Below are positions 51,269-60,528 of a stretch of 64,000 nucleotides of DNA, one piece after another. This stretch comes from Erysipelotrichaceae bacterium (lineage in GTDB: Bacteria > Bacillota_I > Bacilli_A > RFN20 > DUOF01), in the NCBI GenBank assembly GCA_015058985.1, contig SVBH01000001.1:195354-259353 (forward strand), in the 5' to 3' direction. The number at the start of each line of letters is the position of its first letter. Position 1 is the stretch's first letter. Under the pieces are notes generated by a model that was not told the origin of the DNA, did no database searches, and saw only the letters and a program-made list of their open reading frames with translations. Made by a program: the position numbers and the translations under genes.

Positions 51269-51282
51269 TTATTAGGGTGGTG

Positions 51283-51738
51283 ATGTTTCACGTGAAACAA
51301 TTAATATATATAGATGAAGCTTATAAACAAGCTGAAAAAGCATATAAATGTAATGAAGTGCCTGTTGGAGCAATAGTTGTTTATAAGAATAAAATTATTG
51401 CAAAAGCTTTTAATAAAAAAGAAAGAAAAAACAACTCTTTATATCACGCTGAAATTATAGCAATAAATAAAGCGTGCAAGAAAATAAAATCCTGGAGACT
51501 CTCAGAATGTGAATTGTATGTTACTTTAGAACCGTGTTTAATGTGTGCCGGATTAATAATTCAAAATAGAATATCAAAAGTTTATTATGGTTGTAATGAT
51601 CCTAAAAGTGGTGCGTTTGGAGGATTGTTTGATATTAATGAAATAAAAGGTTTAAATTTTTACCCTGAAGTAGAGTGTTTAAATCATCCAAAATGTTCTC
51701 AAATTTTAAAAATGTTTTTTAAAGAAAAAAGAAAATAA
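51283..51738 (+). CDS. tadA: tRNA-specific adenosine deaminase TadA
   Basis: CDA zinc motifs HAE and PCLMCAG. N-terminal alignment to B. subtilis TadA supports a start at 51283. The ORF-track start at 51253 would overlap the SRP RNA. Confidence 0.85.
   Translation: MFHVKQLIYIDEAYKQAEKAYKCNEVPVGAIVVYKNKIIAKAFNKKERKNNSLYHAEIIAINKACKKIKSWRLSECELYVTLEPCLMCAGLIIQNRISKVYYGCNDPKSGAFGGLFDINEIKGLNFYPEVECLNHPKCSQILKMFFKEKRK
51284..51299. promoter_or_regulatory. parS: parS site (perfect 16/16 TGTTTCACGTGAAACA) overlapping the tadA start codon
   Basis: Exact match to the Firmicute parS consensus, perfectly palindromic. The tadA ATG (51283-51285) overlaps its first bases. Confidence 0.75.
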
Positions 51739-51775
51739 AAGAAGCCTATTCATAGAATAGGCTTCTTTGTTTCTA
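51739..51775 (+). terminator. Intrinsic terminator after tadA
   Basis: 10-bp stem gaagcctatt/aataggcttc with loop catag, then tttgtttct. Confidence 0.75.
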
Positions 51776-51971
51776 AAGTTATTTCTTGTGGTTTTGCTAA
51801 ATTGTATATTTTAAATAACATTAAAAGCAGATTTGTTTTGTTGTATAAATAAAAAAATAAACAATAATAATACATTGTTTTAAAATTTTACGTTAATTAT
51901 TTTCCAATTGCATAAAGTTGCGATATTTATAAAAATATTAACTATTTATATAGTTAAATTAAAAATTTTAA

Positions 51972-51979
51972 TGTATAAT
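51972..51979 (+). promoter_or_regulatory. Extended -10 (TGTATAAT) promoter element upstream of dnaX
   Basis: TGnTATAAT lies 20 nt upstream of the dnaX ATG at 52000; RBS GAGGTG. Confidence 0.4.
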
Positions 51980-51999
51980 GAATTGACGAGGTGAATGTT

Positions 52000-53838
52000 A
52001 TGGCATACAAAGCATTATATAGAACATATAGACCTGGATCTTTTGATGAGGTTATCGGTCAAAAGTACATATTGCAAACTATAAAAAATCAGATAAAAGA
52101 AGGAACTGTTTCTCATGCATATTTATTCAATGGCCCACGTGGAACAGGAAAAACAACTATGGCTAAATTATTAGCTAAAGCTGTTAATTGTGATTGTAAT
52201 GAAAACAAACCATGTAATGAATGCGAAAGTTGTAAAGAAATTACTAACGGATCACATCCTGATGTGATAGAAATAGATGCTGCTAGTAATACTGGAGTTG
52301 ATGATGTAAGAGATATTATTGAAAAAGTAAAATATGCCCCTGCTAGAGGAAAATATAAAATTTATATCATTGATGAAGTGCATATGATGTCTACTAGTGC
52401 ATTTAATGCATTGCTTAAAACACTAGAAGAACCACCAGCACATGTTATATTCGTATTAGCTACTACAGAAGTAAATAAAGTTTTACCTACTATTTTATCT
52501 CGATGTCAAAGATTTGATTTTACTAGGGTTAGTAATGATGATTTAAAATTAAAACTTCAAGAAGTTTTAAATAAAGAAGGAAAAAAATATGAAAATGGAG
52601 TAATAGATGCTGTTGCTGAACTTGCAGACGGTGGTGTTAGAGATGCTTTATCTATACTTGATCAAACCATTGCTTATGCGGTTGATAATTTAACTGTTCA
52701 ACACATAAAAGATATTTATGGTATAACATCAAATCAAGAGAAAATAACATTGTTAAAAAATATCTTCAAGAATGATGTAACAGAAGTATTAAATCAAATA
52801 GATTCTTTTGAAAAGAATGGTATAGATTTAGTTAGATTAACATCTAATTTAATTGATGTTCTAAAAGAACTTATTATCTTAAAAAGCACAAACAATCCAA
52901 TGTTACTCAAAATTCTCAATTCAGAAAATGCAAATGAATTAAATTCTTTGATACTTTCTGAACAATTGTATTTAATGATAGATGCGCTTATGGAAGCTTT
53001 ATCTAATTATCGAAAAACTAATAATATCAAAGCTTTTTTTGAATTAGCTTTATTAAAGTTGTGTTCTTACTCTAACAATAAGCAACAAAATAAAGAAGTT
53101 GTTAAATCTTCAAATGATAAAATAGTTGAACAAAAAGTTGATGAATCGTGGAATAGTTATCAAAAACAACAAACAATAGTAGCTCCATCTTTCCAAGTTA
53201 AAACTGAACCTGCAATTGCAACCACCAAAGTTGATTTGATTTCTGAAAATAAACCGGTGCAAAATCCAATTATAGAAACTCCTAATATTGAAATTGTTTC
53301 ACATGAAACATTGGAAGAAGAAATATTACCAGAGGGTATGTATAAAGAAACTGATAAGATATCAGCAACAGATGAAGAAATATATAATGTGATGGTACAA
53401 GCAACAAAAGATGCTATAACAGAAGTTAAAAAGAAATGGGCGGTAATCTCAGGGTTTACAGGCAATCCTAAATATGGAATTGTTGTTGGAATGTTGTTAG
53501 ATGCTACTCCGGTAGCTGCATGTGAAAATGGTATCTTATTAGCTGCTGAAACAGATGTTGATGTTTCTATGTTGGAAAATGTTAAAAACAGAGTTGTTAT
53601 TAGAGATTTTTTAAAAAATCTCTATAATAAAGAAATGGAATATTACCCTTTAACTAAAAAGAAGTTTCTATATTATAAAGAAGAATATTTACAATTAAGA
53701 GCGGCTCATAAATTACCGCTACCACAAAAAATTGAATTAAAACCAATTAATGTTAAGTATAGAAATCAAGAAGTTGATGAAGCTTTAGATTTTGGTAAAA
53801 AAATATTTGGTGATTTTATAACAGTGGAGGAAGAATAA
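52000..53838 (+). CDS. dnaX: DNA polymerase III subunits gamma/tau
   Basis: Walker A GPRGTGKTT and a Zn module CDC..C..CESC. The likely start is MAYKALYRTYRP at 52000. Confidence 0.9.
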   Translation: MAYKALYRTYRPGSFDEVIGQKYILQTIKNQIKEGTVSHAYLFNGPRGTGKTTMAKLLAKAVNCDCNENKPCNECESCKEITNGSHPDVIEIDAASNTGVDDVRDIIEKVKYAPARGKYKIYIIDEVHMMSTSAFNALLKTLEEPPAHVIFVLATTEVNKVLPTILSRCQRFDFTRVSNDDLKLKLQEVLNKEGKKYENGVIDAVAELADGGVRDALSILDQTIAYAVDNLTVQHIKDIYGITSNQEKITLLKNIFKNDVTEVLNQIDSFEKNGIDLVRLTSNLIDVLKELIILKSTNNPMLLKILNSENANELNSLILSEQLYLMIDALMEALSNYRKTNNIKAFFELALLKLCSYSNNKQQNKEVVKSSNDKIVEQKVDESWNSYQKQQTIVAPSFQVKTEPAIATTKVDLISENKPVQNPIIETPNIEIVSHETLEEEILPEGMYKETDKISATDEEIYNVMVQATKDAITEVKKKWAVISGFTGNPKYGIVVGMLLDATPVAACENGILLAAETDVDVSMLENVKNRVVIRDFLKNLYNKEMEYYPLTKKKFLYYKEEYLQLRAAHKLPLPQKIELKPINVKYRNQEVDEALDFGKKIFGDFITVEEE

Positions 53839-53840
53839 TT

Positions 53841-54338
53841 ATGAAGTTCGAAAAAGTTAGTTTTGAACAATTTAAGAAAGATTTATTAAAAGCTAATATT
53901 GGGATAAAAGAAGAAAATATAAGAAAAATATATAATTTAATTGAATTACCTATGAGAGGAACAAAAAATTCTGCAGGATATGACTTTAGATTACCATATA
54001 GTGTGAGTGCTAAAATGGGTGAAACAACAACTTATTTGCCTACTGGAATTAAATGTGAATTGGATGGAGATAAAATGCTGGTTTTAGTACCAAGAAGTAG
54101 TCTAGGGACTAAATATGGATTTCAATTAAAAAATACAATTGGTATCATTGATGCAGATTATTATAACAACCCTGATAACGAAGGTCATATAATGATCAAA
54201 TTTAAAGTTGATTCAGATTTTTCTTTTGTAGCTAATGATAGAATTGCTCAAGGTATTATTATTCAATATTATAAAGTCGATGATGATAATGTTGAAAAAG
54301 AAAGATCTGGTGGCTTTGGAAGTACTGGAAAATCTTGA
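53841..54338 (+). CDS. dut: dUTP diphosphatase (dUTPase)
   Basis: All five dUTPase motifs: AGYDF, RSS, GIIDADY, DRIAQ and RSGGFGSTG. Confidence 0.75.
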   Translation: MKFEKVSFEQFKKDLLKANIGIKEENIRKIYNLIELPMRGTKNSAGYDFRLPYSVSAKMGETTTYLPTGIKCELDGDKMLVLVPRSSLGTKYGFQLKNTIGIIDADYYNNPDNEGHIMIKFKVDSDFSFVANDRIAQGIIIQYYKVDDDNVEKERSGGFGSTGKS

Positions 54339-54356
54339 TTTTTAGGAGGAATAAAG

Positions 54357-54665
54357 ATGAATATAAATATGATTATGCAACAAGCTCAAAAAATGCAAAA
54401 AGAGCTAGAAAAAGCAAAAAAAGAATTTGAACAAAAAGAATTAACTTTTAATAGCAATGGTGGCGCTATTGAATTGGTTATAAAAGGAAACAAAGAAATT
54501 ATAGGTATTAACATTGATAAGGATTTAATTGATCCTGATGATAAAGAAATGTTAGAGGATATGTTAAAAGTTGCTTTAAATGAAGCAATTAAATCAATTG
54601 ATGCAGAAATGGAAAAAATCATGTCCAAAGCAAGTGGTGGCATGAATATACCGGGATTGTTCTAA
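54357..54665 (+). CDS. ybaB: Nucleoid-associated protein YbaB/EbfC
   Basis: The 102-aa size and MQQAQKMQKELEKAKKE pattern are typical. It is followed by recR. Confidence 0.85.
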   Translation: MNINMIMQQAQKMQKELEKAKKEFEQKELTFNSNGGAIELVIKGNKEIIGINIDKDLIDPDDKEMLEDMLKVALNEAIKSIDAEMEKIMSKASGGMNIPGLF

Positions 54666-54666
54666 A

Positions 54667-55260
54667 ATGGAATTACCAGTTAGTTTTGAAAATGTTATAG
54701 ATGCACTTAAAAAACTTCCGGGAATAGGAAGAAAATCAGCTGAAAAACTTGCTTTTCAATTGTTAGAGTTAGATAAAGAATCACAAGAAAAATTGGTGTC
54801 TAGCTTAACTGATATGATGAAAAATATCAAAATATGTGAAAAGTGTGGAATGATTTCAGAAGAACAATTTTGTAAAATCTGTAACGATGCTACCAGGGAT
54901 AAAAGTAAAATTTGTGTGGTAGAAAATATAAAGGATGTTTTTGCTTTGGAAAGAACTAAGGAATATGACGGTTTGTATCATGTGCTAGGTGGTGTTATCT
55001 CTCCTAATAAAGGAATAATGCCAGAAGATTTAAATATCAAAACCTTGGAAGAAAGAATAACTTCTGAAACTAAAGAAATAATTTTGGCTAACAGCACTGG
55101 TTTAGAAGGAGAAACAACGTCTTTGTTCCTTAATAAATTGTTGAGTAAATATGATTTAACAATAACAAGACTTGGTTATGGAATTCCAATGGGCGCCCAA
55201 CTAGATTATGCAGATGAATTTACTCTTATTAAAGCTTTAGAAAGTAGAAAGAAAGTATAA
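54667..55260 (+). CDS. recR: Recombination protein RecR
   Basis: HhH motif, a C4 zinc finger (CEKCG...CKIC) and a Toprim domain. Confidence 0.9.
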   Translation: MELPVSFENVIDALKKLPGIGRKSAEKLAFQLLELDKESQEKLVSSLTDMMKNIKICEKCGMISEEQFCKICNDATRDKSKICVVENIKDVFALERTKEYDGLYHVLGGVISPNKGIMPEDLNIKTLEERITSETKEIILANSTGLEGETTSLFLNKLLSKYDLTITRLGYGIPMGAQLDYADEFTLIKALESRKKV

Positions 55261-55289
55261 ATAAAAGTTGTTATGAATAAAATAGTCTT

Positions 55290-55478
55290 ATGAGAATATA
55301 CAGAAGACTTAAAAAGCTCATAACAGCTTTTTTAATTATGGTAGGTTTGAAATATTTGTTTGCTTTATTTGGTGTTATTATATCAAATGATCTTTTGTTT
55401 GCTTTTTTTTGTGGTTGTTTAGAAATGTATGGAATAATACTAATTTTAGTTTATATTCTTTGGCAAACAGCAAGATAA
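55290..55478 (+). CDS. Small two-TM membrane protein (position corresponds to yaaL/bofA slot; identity unproven)
   Basis: 62 aa with two hydrophobic helices. Confidence 0.3.
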   Translation: MRIYRRLKKLITAFLIMVGLKYLFALFGVIISNDLLFAFFCGCLEMYGIILILVYILWQTAR

Positions 55479-55541
55479 AAATAATTGTATTTTAAATAGT
55501 AAAATACAACCCTAAATGTTATAATAAATAGGGTGATTAAC

Positions 55542-56174
55542 ATGGGTTTATTTATAACAATTGAAGGTGGAGATGGAACAGGTAAAACCACTGTAATGAG
55601 TAAGGTTGTCGAATTGTTAGAAAAAGATGGATTAGATATTGTTAGGACAAGAGAACCAGGCGGAACAGTAATAGGTAACAAAATTAGAAATATCATTTTG
55701 GATAAAGAAAACATATCTATTACAGGAATGTGTGAAACTTTGCTTTTTGCAGCAGATAGAGCGCAACATGTAGAAGAAGTAGTTGTTCCAAGTTGCAATG
55801 CTGGAAAGGTAGTAATAAGTGATCGTTTCTTTGATAGTAATTTAGCATATCAAGGTGTTATTCATGGATATGGAATTGATAAAGTATACGAACTTAATAT
55901 GATTGCTACTAAAGGGGTAGTTCCTGATTTGACTTTGCTTTTTGATTTAGACCCTGTTATTGGGCAACAAAGAATTAATAGTAATAAGAATCGTGAAGTT
56001 AATAGATTAGATTTAAAAAATTTAGAATATCACCAAAAAGTTAGAAATGCCTATTTGGAAGTAGCAAATAAATTTAAAGATAGAATCGTTATAGTTGATG
56101 CAAGTAGAACTGTTGAAGAAATAGTTGCAGAAGTCTATAAAATCATCAAAAATAAAGTAAAAGGAATGAAGTAA
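55542..56174 (+). CDS. tmk: Thymidylate kinase
   Basis: P-loop EGGDGTGKTT, a DRF-like motif (ADRAQH/DRFFDS) and a lid. RBS AGGGTGA lies before the ATG at 55542. Confidence 0.9.
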   Translation: MGLFITIEGGDGTGKTTVMSKVVELLEKDGLDIVRTREPGGTVIGNKIRNIILDKENISITGMCETLLFAADRAQHVEEVVVPSCNAGKVVISDRFFDSNLAYQGVIHGYGIDKVYELNMIATKGVVPDLTLLFDLDPVIGQQRINSNKNREVNRLDLKNLEYHQKVRNAYLEVANKFKDRIVIVDASRTVEEIVAEVYKIIKNKVKGMK

Positions 56175-56175
56175 A

Positions 56176-57159
56176 ATGATCAACAAAGAAAAACTAGCAC
56201 AATATCAAAAAGTGGCTTATCAAGTCGTTTTTAATGCTTTTAAAGAAAATAAAGTTTCACAAGCTTTTTTGCTATCAGGAGAAAGAGGTTCTCCTGTCTT
56301 TGATTGTGCGATGTTTTTAGCAAAATCTCTTGTTTGTGATAATGATGTATTAGCATGTGATAACTGCACTGAATGTTTAAGAATTGAAAATGAAAACTAT
56401 GCAGATTTAATTATTGTTGATGGATCCAAAGAAACTATAAAAAAAGATGATATTGATAACATTCAAAAAAGATTTAATAAAAGTGCAATTGAAGACAAAG
56501 GAGTAAAGATTTATATCATTAACTTGCTAGAAAATTGTGCCACCGCATCTGCCGTAAATAGCTTATTAAAATTCTTAGAAGAACCAACTGAAAAAACATA
56601 CGCTATTATTACCACGAACAATATAAATGGGTTACTTCCTACTATTATTTCTAGATGTCAAGTTATTAGAATTAACAACATTCCAAAAGAAGAATTAGTG
56701 ACTGAATTATTAGAAAATGGTTTTAGTCAAGAAGATTGCAATATTCTTTCAGCTTTATATACTAATAAACATGAAATAGAAGAAGTCATTGAAGAAAGCA
56801 ATTATTATCAAACTAAAGATTGTTTTATAGATTTATTGCATAACTATTTCTTTGAAGGAATAGATTTGAATTATTTTTACCAAACTAGCATTATGAAAGA
56901 GTTGAGTAACTCTAAAATGGGTGTTAAAATGTTTTTATCTTTGATGGAACTTTTTATGAAAGATGTATTCTATTATCAAAGTGGTAAATCCTTATGTTTT
57001 TCAGAACAAACTAATTTATTAGAAAAATGCTCTAATAAATTTAAAAGTAAAGAAAATATTTTAAAATACATCATAGAAGCAATAGATTCTATTGAAAGAA
57101 AGGCTAATGCATCATTAGTTATTGATAAAATGTTATATCAAATTAGTCAGGAGGTGTAA
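56176..57159 (+). CDS. holB: DNA polymerase III delta-prime subunit
   Basis: Degenerate P-loop, a zinc module (CDNCTEC) and an SRC motif (ISRCQVI). Confidence 0.8.
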   Translation: MINKEKLAQYQKVAYQVVFNAFKENKVSQAFLLSGERGSPVFDCAMFLAKSLVCDNDVLACDNCTECLRIENENYADLIIVDGSKETIKKDDIDNIQKRFNKSAIEDKGVKIYIINLLENCATASAVNSLLKFLEEPTEKTYAIITTNNINGLLPTIISRCQVIRINNIPKEELVTELLENGFSQEDCNILSALYTNKHEIEEVIEESNYYQTKDCFIDLLHNYFFEGIDLNYFYQTSIMKELSNSKMGVKMFLSLMELFMKDVFYYQSGKSLCFSEQTNLLEKCSNKFKSKENILKYIIEAIDSIERKANASLVIDKMLYQISQEV

Positions 57160-57162
57160 CAA

Positions 57163-57996
57163 ATGGAAGAAAATAAATATTCATTACAAGGAATTTTCTA
57201 TGGAGTAGATATTAATAATCCTAAAGAAAAAGACTTGTATTATTTAAGTGAAATAGATGATTTAAAAACAGGACAAAACGTTGTCGTAGAAACACCTTTT
57301 GGTATTGAACTAGGTAAGATAAATCGTAAAAAAGTAACAAAAGAAATTATAAATAGTGAAGAAAATGTTAGAAAAGTTATTCGTGTTGCAACAGAAGAAG
57401 ATTTATCTCAAAATAAAACAAATATTGAATTACAACAAAATGTCAGAAAAGATGTCGATGAAGCAATTAAAAATTTAGAACTTCAAATGAAGGTGGTAGA
57501 TATTAGATATACTCTTGATCAGGCCAAAGTTTTAATTTCTTATGTAGCAGATGAAAGAGTAGATTTTAGAAACTTATTAAAAGATTTAGCAAACATCTTA
57601 AAGTGTCGTATTGAATTAAGACAAATAGGTACCAGAGATAGATCTGCTATTGTCGGAGGAATAGGAGTATGTGGACTTCCTTTATGTTGTTCTACTTTCC
57701 TAAAAGAATTTGATGGTATTTCTATTAACATGGCCAAGAACCAAATGCTATCTTTAAATATTTCTAAGATTTCCGGTCAATGTGGCAAGCTTTTATGCTG
57801 TTTGAAATATGAAGATGGTCAATATACAATTGCAAAGCAAGGAATGCCAAAAATAGGGTTTAAATTAAAATATAAAGGTAAAATGTATAAGATAGATTCT
57901 ATCAACTATATTTCAGAACAAGTTAAATTATCTAACGAAGATAATGAAGTTGAAATGATTACAGTCGAAGAATTAAGAGGTCTAAAACATGATTAG
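57163..57996 (+). CDS. ricT: PSP1-domain regulator RicT/YaaT
   Basis: PSP1 C-terminal domain with Cys clusters (GVCGLPLCCSTF, SGQCGKLLCCLKYE). Confidence 0.8.
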   Translation: MEENKYSLQGIFYGVDINNPKEKDLYYLSEIDDLKTGQNVVVETPFGIELGKINRKKVTKEIINSEENVRKVIRVATEEDLSQNKTNIELQQNVRKDVDEAIKNLELQMKVVDIRYTLDQAKVLISYVADERVDFRNLLKDLANILKCRIELRQIGTRDRSAIVGGIGVCGLPLCCSTFLKEFDGISINMAKNQMLSLNISKISGQCGKLLCCLKYEDGQYTIAKQGMPKIGFKLKYKGKMYKIDSINYISEQVKLSNEDNEVEMITVEELRGLKHD

Positions 57997-58831
57997 ACAA
58001 CAGTCTTTTAAAAATAACAAACCAACACTATTTTTAGTAGCTACTCCAATTGGTAATTTACAAGAACTTTCTCCGCGTGCAATTGAAACTTTAAAAAGTG
58101 TTGATACTATTTTATGTGAAGATACCAGAACCACTAAAAGTTTATTAGATAAATTTGAAATTAAAAATAATTTAGTTTCATATCATAAGTTCAATGAAAG
58201 ACAAATGTGTGATAAAGTTATTGAACATTTGCAATCAGGGCAAAACATCGCTCTTGTTAGTGATGCAGGTTATCCTTCTATTTCTGATCCTGGAAATATC
58301 TTAGTGAAAGAAGTGATCCAACAAGGATACAATGTTACATGTATAAATGGATCTAATGCTTTATTACCTGCTTTAGTTTGTTCGGGATTAGATACAACTC
58401 ATTTCTTTTTCTATGGTTTTTTAGATTCAAAAGAAACTGCAAAAAATAAAGAATTAGAGACTTTAAAAAACTACGATGCTACTTTAATTTTTTATGAATC
58501 CTCTAATAGAATAAACGAAACAATTAAATGTATTTATAAAACTTTAGGAAATAGAGATATCGTCATTGCTAGAGAAATCACCAAACAATACGAAGAATAT
58601 ATAAGAGGAACTACAGAAGAACTATCAAATACTCCTTTGGATTTAAAAGGAGAATGTGTTCTATTAGTTTCCGGTTTAAAAGAAGAAAAAACAGAAATAG
58701 ATGAAACCATCAAAGAAACAATGCAAGACTTACTAAATCATGGGTATAAACTAAAAGAAGCTTGCCAATTGTTATCAAAATTAAAAAATATCAATAAAAA
58801 TGAGTTATACAATCATTTTATAAAACAATAG
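57989..58831 (+). CDS. rsmI: 16S rRNA (cytidine1402-2'-O)-methyltransferase RsmI
   Basis: Tetrapyrrole-methylase-fold motifs (LFLVATPIGNLQE, CEDTRTT). Confidence 0.85.
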   Translation: MIRQQSFKNNKPTLFLVATPIGNLQELSPRAIETLKSVDTILCEDTRTTKSLLDKFEIKNNLVSYHKFNERQMCDKVIEHLQSGQNIALVSDAGYPSISDPGNILVKEVIQQGYNVTCINGSNALLPALVCSGLDTTHFFFYGFLDSKETAKNKELETLKNYDATLIFYESSNRINETIKCIYKTLGNRDIVIAREITKQYEEYIRGTTEELSNTPLDLKGECVLLVSGLKEEKTEIDETIKETMQDLLNHGYKLKEACQLLSKLKNINKNELYNHFIKQ

Positions 58832-58928
58832 CACACATTTGTGTGCTTTTTATATTCCACAAAATATCTTTTTTAGTGCTTATTTATAATAAAAGTGATA
58901 AAATATTAAAGACTAAGAGGTGATTTAT

Positions 58929-60518
58929 ATGGCAAAGAAGTTCTATGTTACAACTCCAATTTATTATCCAAGTGGAAAGTTGCATATTGGAAATACATAT
59001 ACAACTGTAATTGCAGACTGTATTAAAAGATATAAAAAGTTAAGAGGATATGATGTTTTCTTTTTAACAGGAACTGATGAACATGGTGAAAAGATAGAGG
59101 TCAAAGCTAAAGAAGCAGGAAAGACTCCTATCGAGTTTGTTGATGAGATTGTAGATAATACTAAGAAATTATGGAAAAGACTTGGTATTGAATATGATGA
59201 TTTTATTAGAACTACTGAAGAAAGACATGAGAAAACCGCTCAAAGTATTTTCTCTAAATTCTTAGCACAAGAAGATATTTATAAAGGTGCTTATACAGGT
59301 AATTATTGTAGAAGTTGTGAAGCTTATTGGACTGATACTCAAGTAGGAGAAGAACATACTTGTCCTGACTGTGGTAAACCAACTGAAATTAAAGAAGAAG
59401 AAGCTTATTTCTTTAAGATGAATAAATATGCTCCATGGTTAATCAATTACTACAAAGAACATCCTAATTTTATTTATCCTGAAGCAAGAACAAATGAGAT
59501 GTTAAATAACTTCTTAATCCCAGGTTTAAATGATTTATGTGTTTCTAGATCTACTATTAAATGGGGAATCCCTGTTAAAGAAGATCCAAAGCATGTTATC
59601 TATGTTTGGATTGATGCTTTAACAAATTATATTAGTGCCTTAGGATATGGAAGTAATGATGATAGTAAATTCCAAAAATTTTGGGCTGATGAAGATTGTG
59701 AAGTGTTACATTTAATGAGTAAAGAAATTGTTAGATTCCATACAATTTACTGGCCTATTATGTTAAAACAATTAGGTTTAAGATTACCAACTCAAATCTA
59801 TTCTCATGGATGGGTTTTAATGAAGAGTGGTAAGATGAGTAAATCTGTTGGAAATGTTGTTTATCCAGAGTATATCATCGATAAGTATGGAGTAGATGCT
59901 TTAAGATATTATTTAGTTAAAGTTATTCCATTTGGACAAGATGGTACATTTACTCCTGAAATGTTTGTAGAACATGTTAATACTGATTTAGTAAACAACA
60001 TTGGTAACTTATTAAGTAGAAGTGTTGCAATGTGTGCTAAATACTTTGGAGGAGAAGTTCCTGCAATAAATACAACAAGTTTAAATAACATTGATAAATC
60101 ATTTATGGAAAAAGTAAATGTTTTACTAAATAAATTTGAATCTAATATGGACCAAATTAAATTAACAGAAGGTATTTCTACTATTTTTGAAATAGGAGAT
60201 ATTGCTAATAAATATATTGATGAAAAAGAACCTTGGGTTTTAGCTAAAGATGAAGCTAGAAAAGGTGAACTTGAAAACTGTATTCATAACTTAATTGAAA
60301 CATTAAGAAAGATTGCTATTTTATTTAAAGCGTTCTTTATTGAAATTCCTAATAAGATGTTTGAACAATTAGGAGTAACTGAAGAAAATCAAAGTTATGA
60401 AAGTGTAAAAGAAGATAGAGTAACTTCTAATAAAGTTGAAAAGAAAGAAGCATTATTTGCTAGACTTGATTTTGAAAAAGAAGTTGCTTATCTAGATGAA
60501 AAAATAAGTGGAAAATAA
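58929..60518 (+). CDS. metG: Methionine--tRNA ligase (short form lacking the C-terminal tRNA-binding domain)
   Basis: HIGN (HIGH) and KMSKS motifs and a zinc knuckle CRSC...CPDC. RBS AGAGGTGA lies before the ATG at 58929. Confidence 0.9.
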   Translation: MAKKFYVTTPIYYPSGKLHIGNTYTTVIADCIKRYKKLRGYDVFFLTGTDEHGEKIEVKAKEAGKTPIEFVDEIVDNTKKLWKRLGIEYDDFIRTTEERHEKTAQSIFSKFLAQEDIYKGAYTGNYCRSCEAYWTDTQVGEEHTCPDCGKPTEIKEEEAYFFKMNKYAPWLINYYKEHPNFIYPEARTNEMLNNFLIPGLNDLCVSRSTIKWGIPVKEDPKHVIYVWIDALTNYISALGYGSNDDSKFQKFWADEDCEVLHLMSKEIVRFHTIYWPIMLKQLGLRLPTQIYSHGWVLMKSGKMSKSVGNVVYPEYIIDKYGVDALRYYLVKVIPFGQDGTFTPEMFVEHVNTDLVNNIGNLLSRSVAMCAKYFGGEVPAINTTSLNNIDKSFMEKVNVLLNKFESNMDQIKLTEGISTIFEIGDIANKYIDEKEPWVLAKDEARKGELENCIHNLIETLRKIAILFKAFFIEIPNKMFEQLGVTEENQSYESVKEDRVTSNKVEKKEALFARLDFEKEVAYLDEKISGK

Positions 60519-60528
60519 GGTGTAGAAA

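Noticed and set aside
51253-51300. ORF-track N-terminal extension of tadA (MCDSLFIRVV...) and the antisense ORF 51079-51300
   Set aside because: Both overlap the SRP RNA gene and its terminator. Alignment to TadA supports a start at 51283, and the extensions are low-complexity artefacts.
51776-51971. Possible ncRNA in the 215-bp tadA-dnaX spacer (where B. subtilis has scr)
   Set aside because: No SRP-like or other conserved motif is present. The SRP RNA is instead upstream of tadA. The region contains only A/T-rich promoter-like sequence.
52132-52147. parS-like sequence TGGCCCACGTGGAACA inside dnaX
   Set aside because: It has three mismatches to the consensus, two in the left arm and one in the right. 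It is probably too degenerate for ParB nucleation, so I note it only as a possible weak site.
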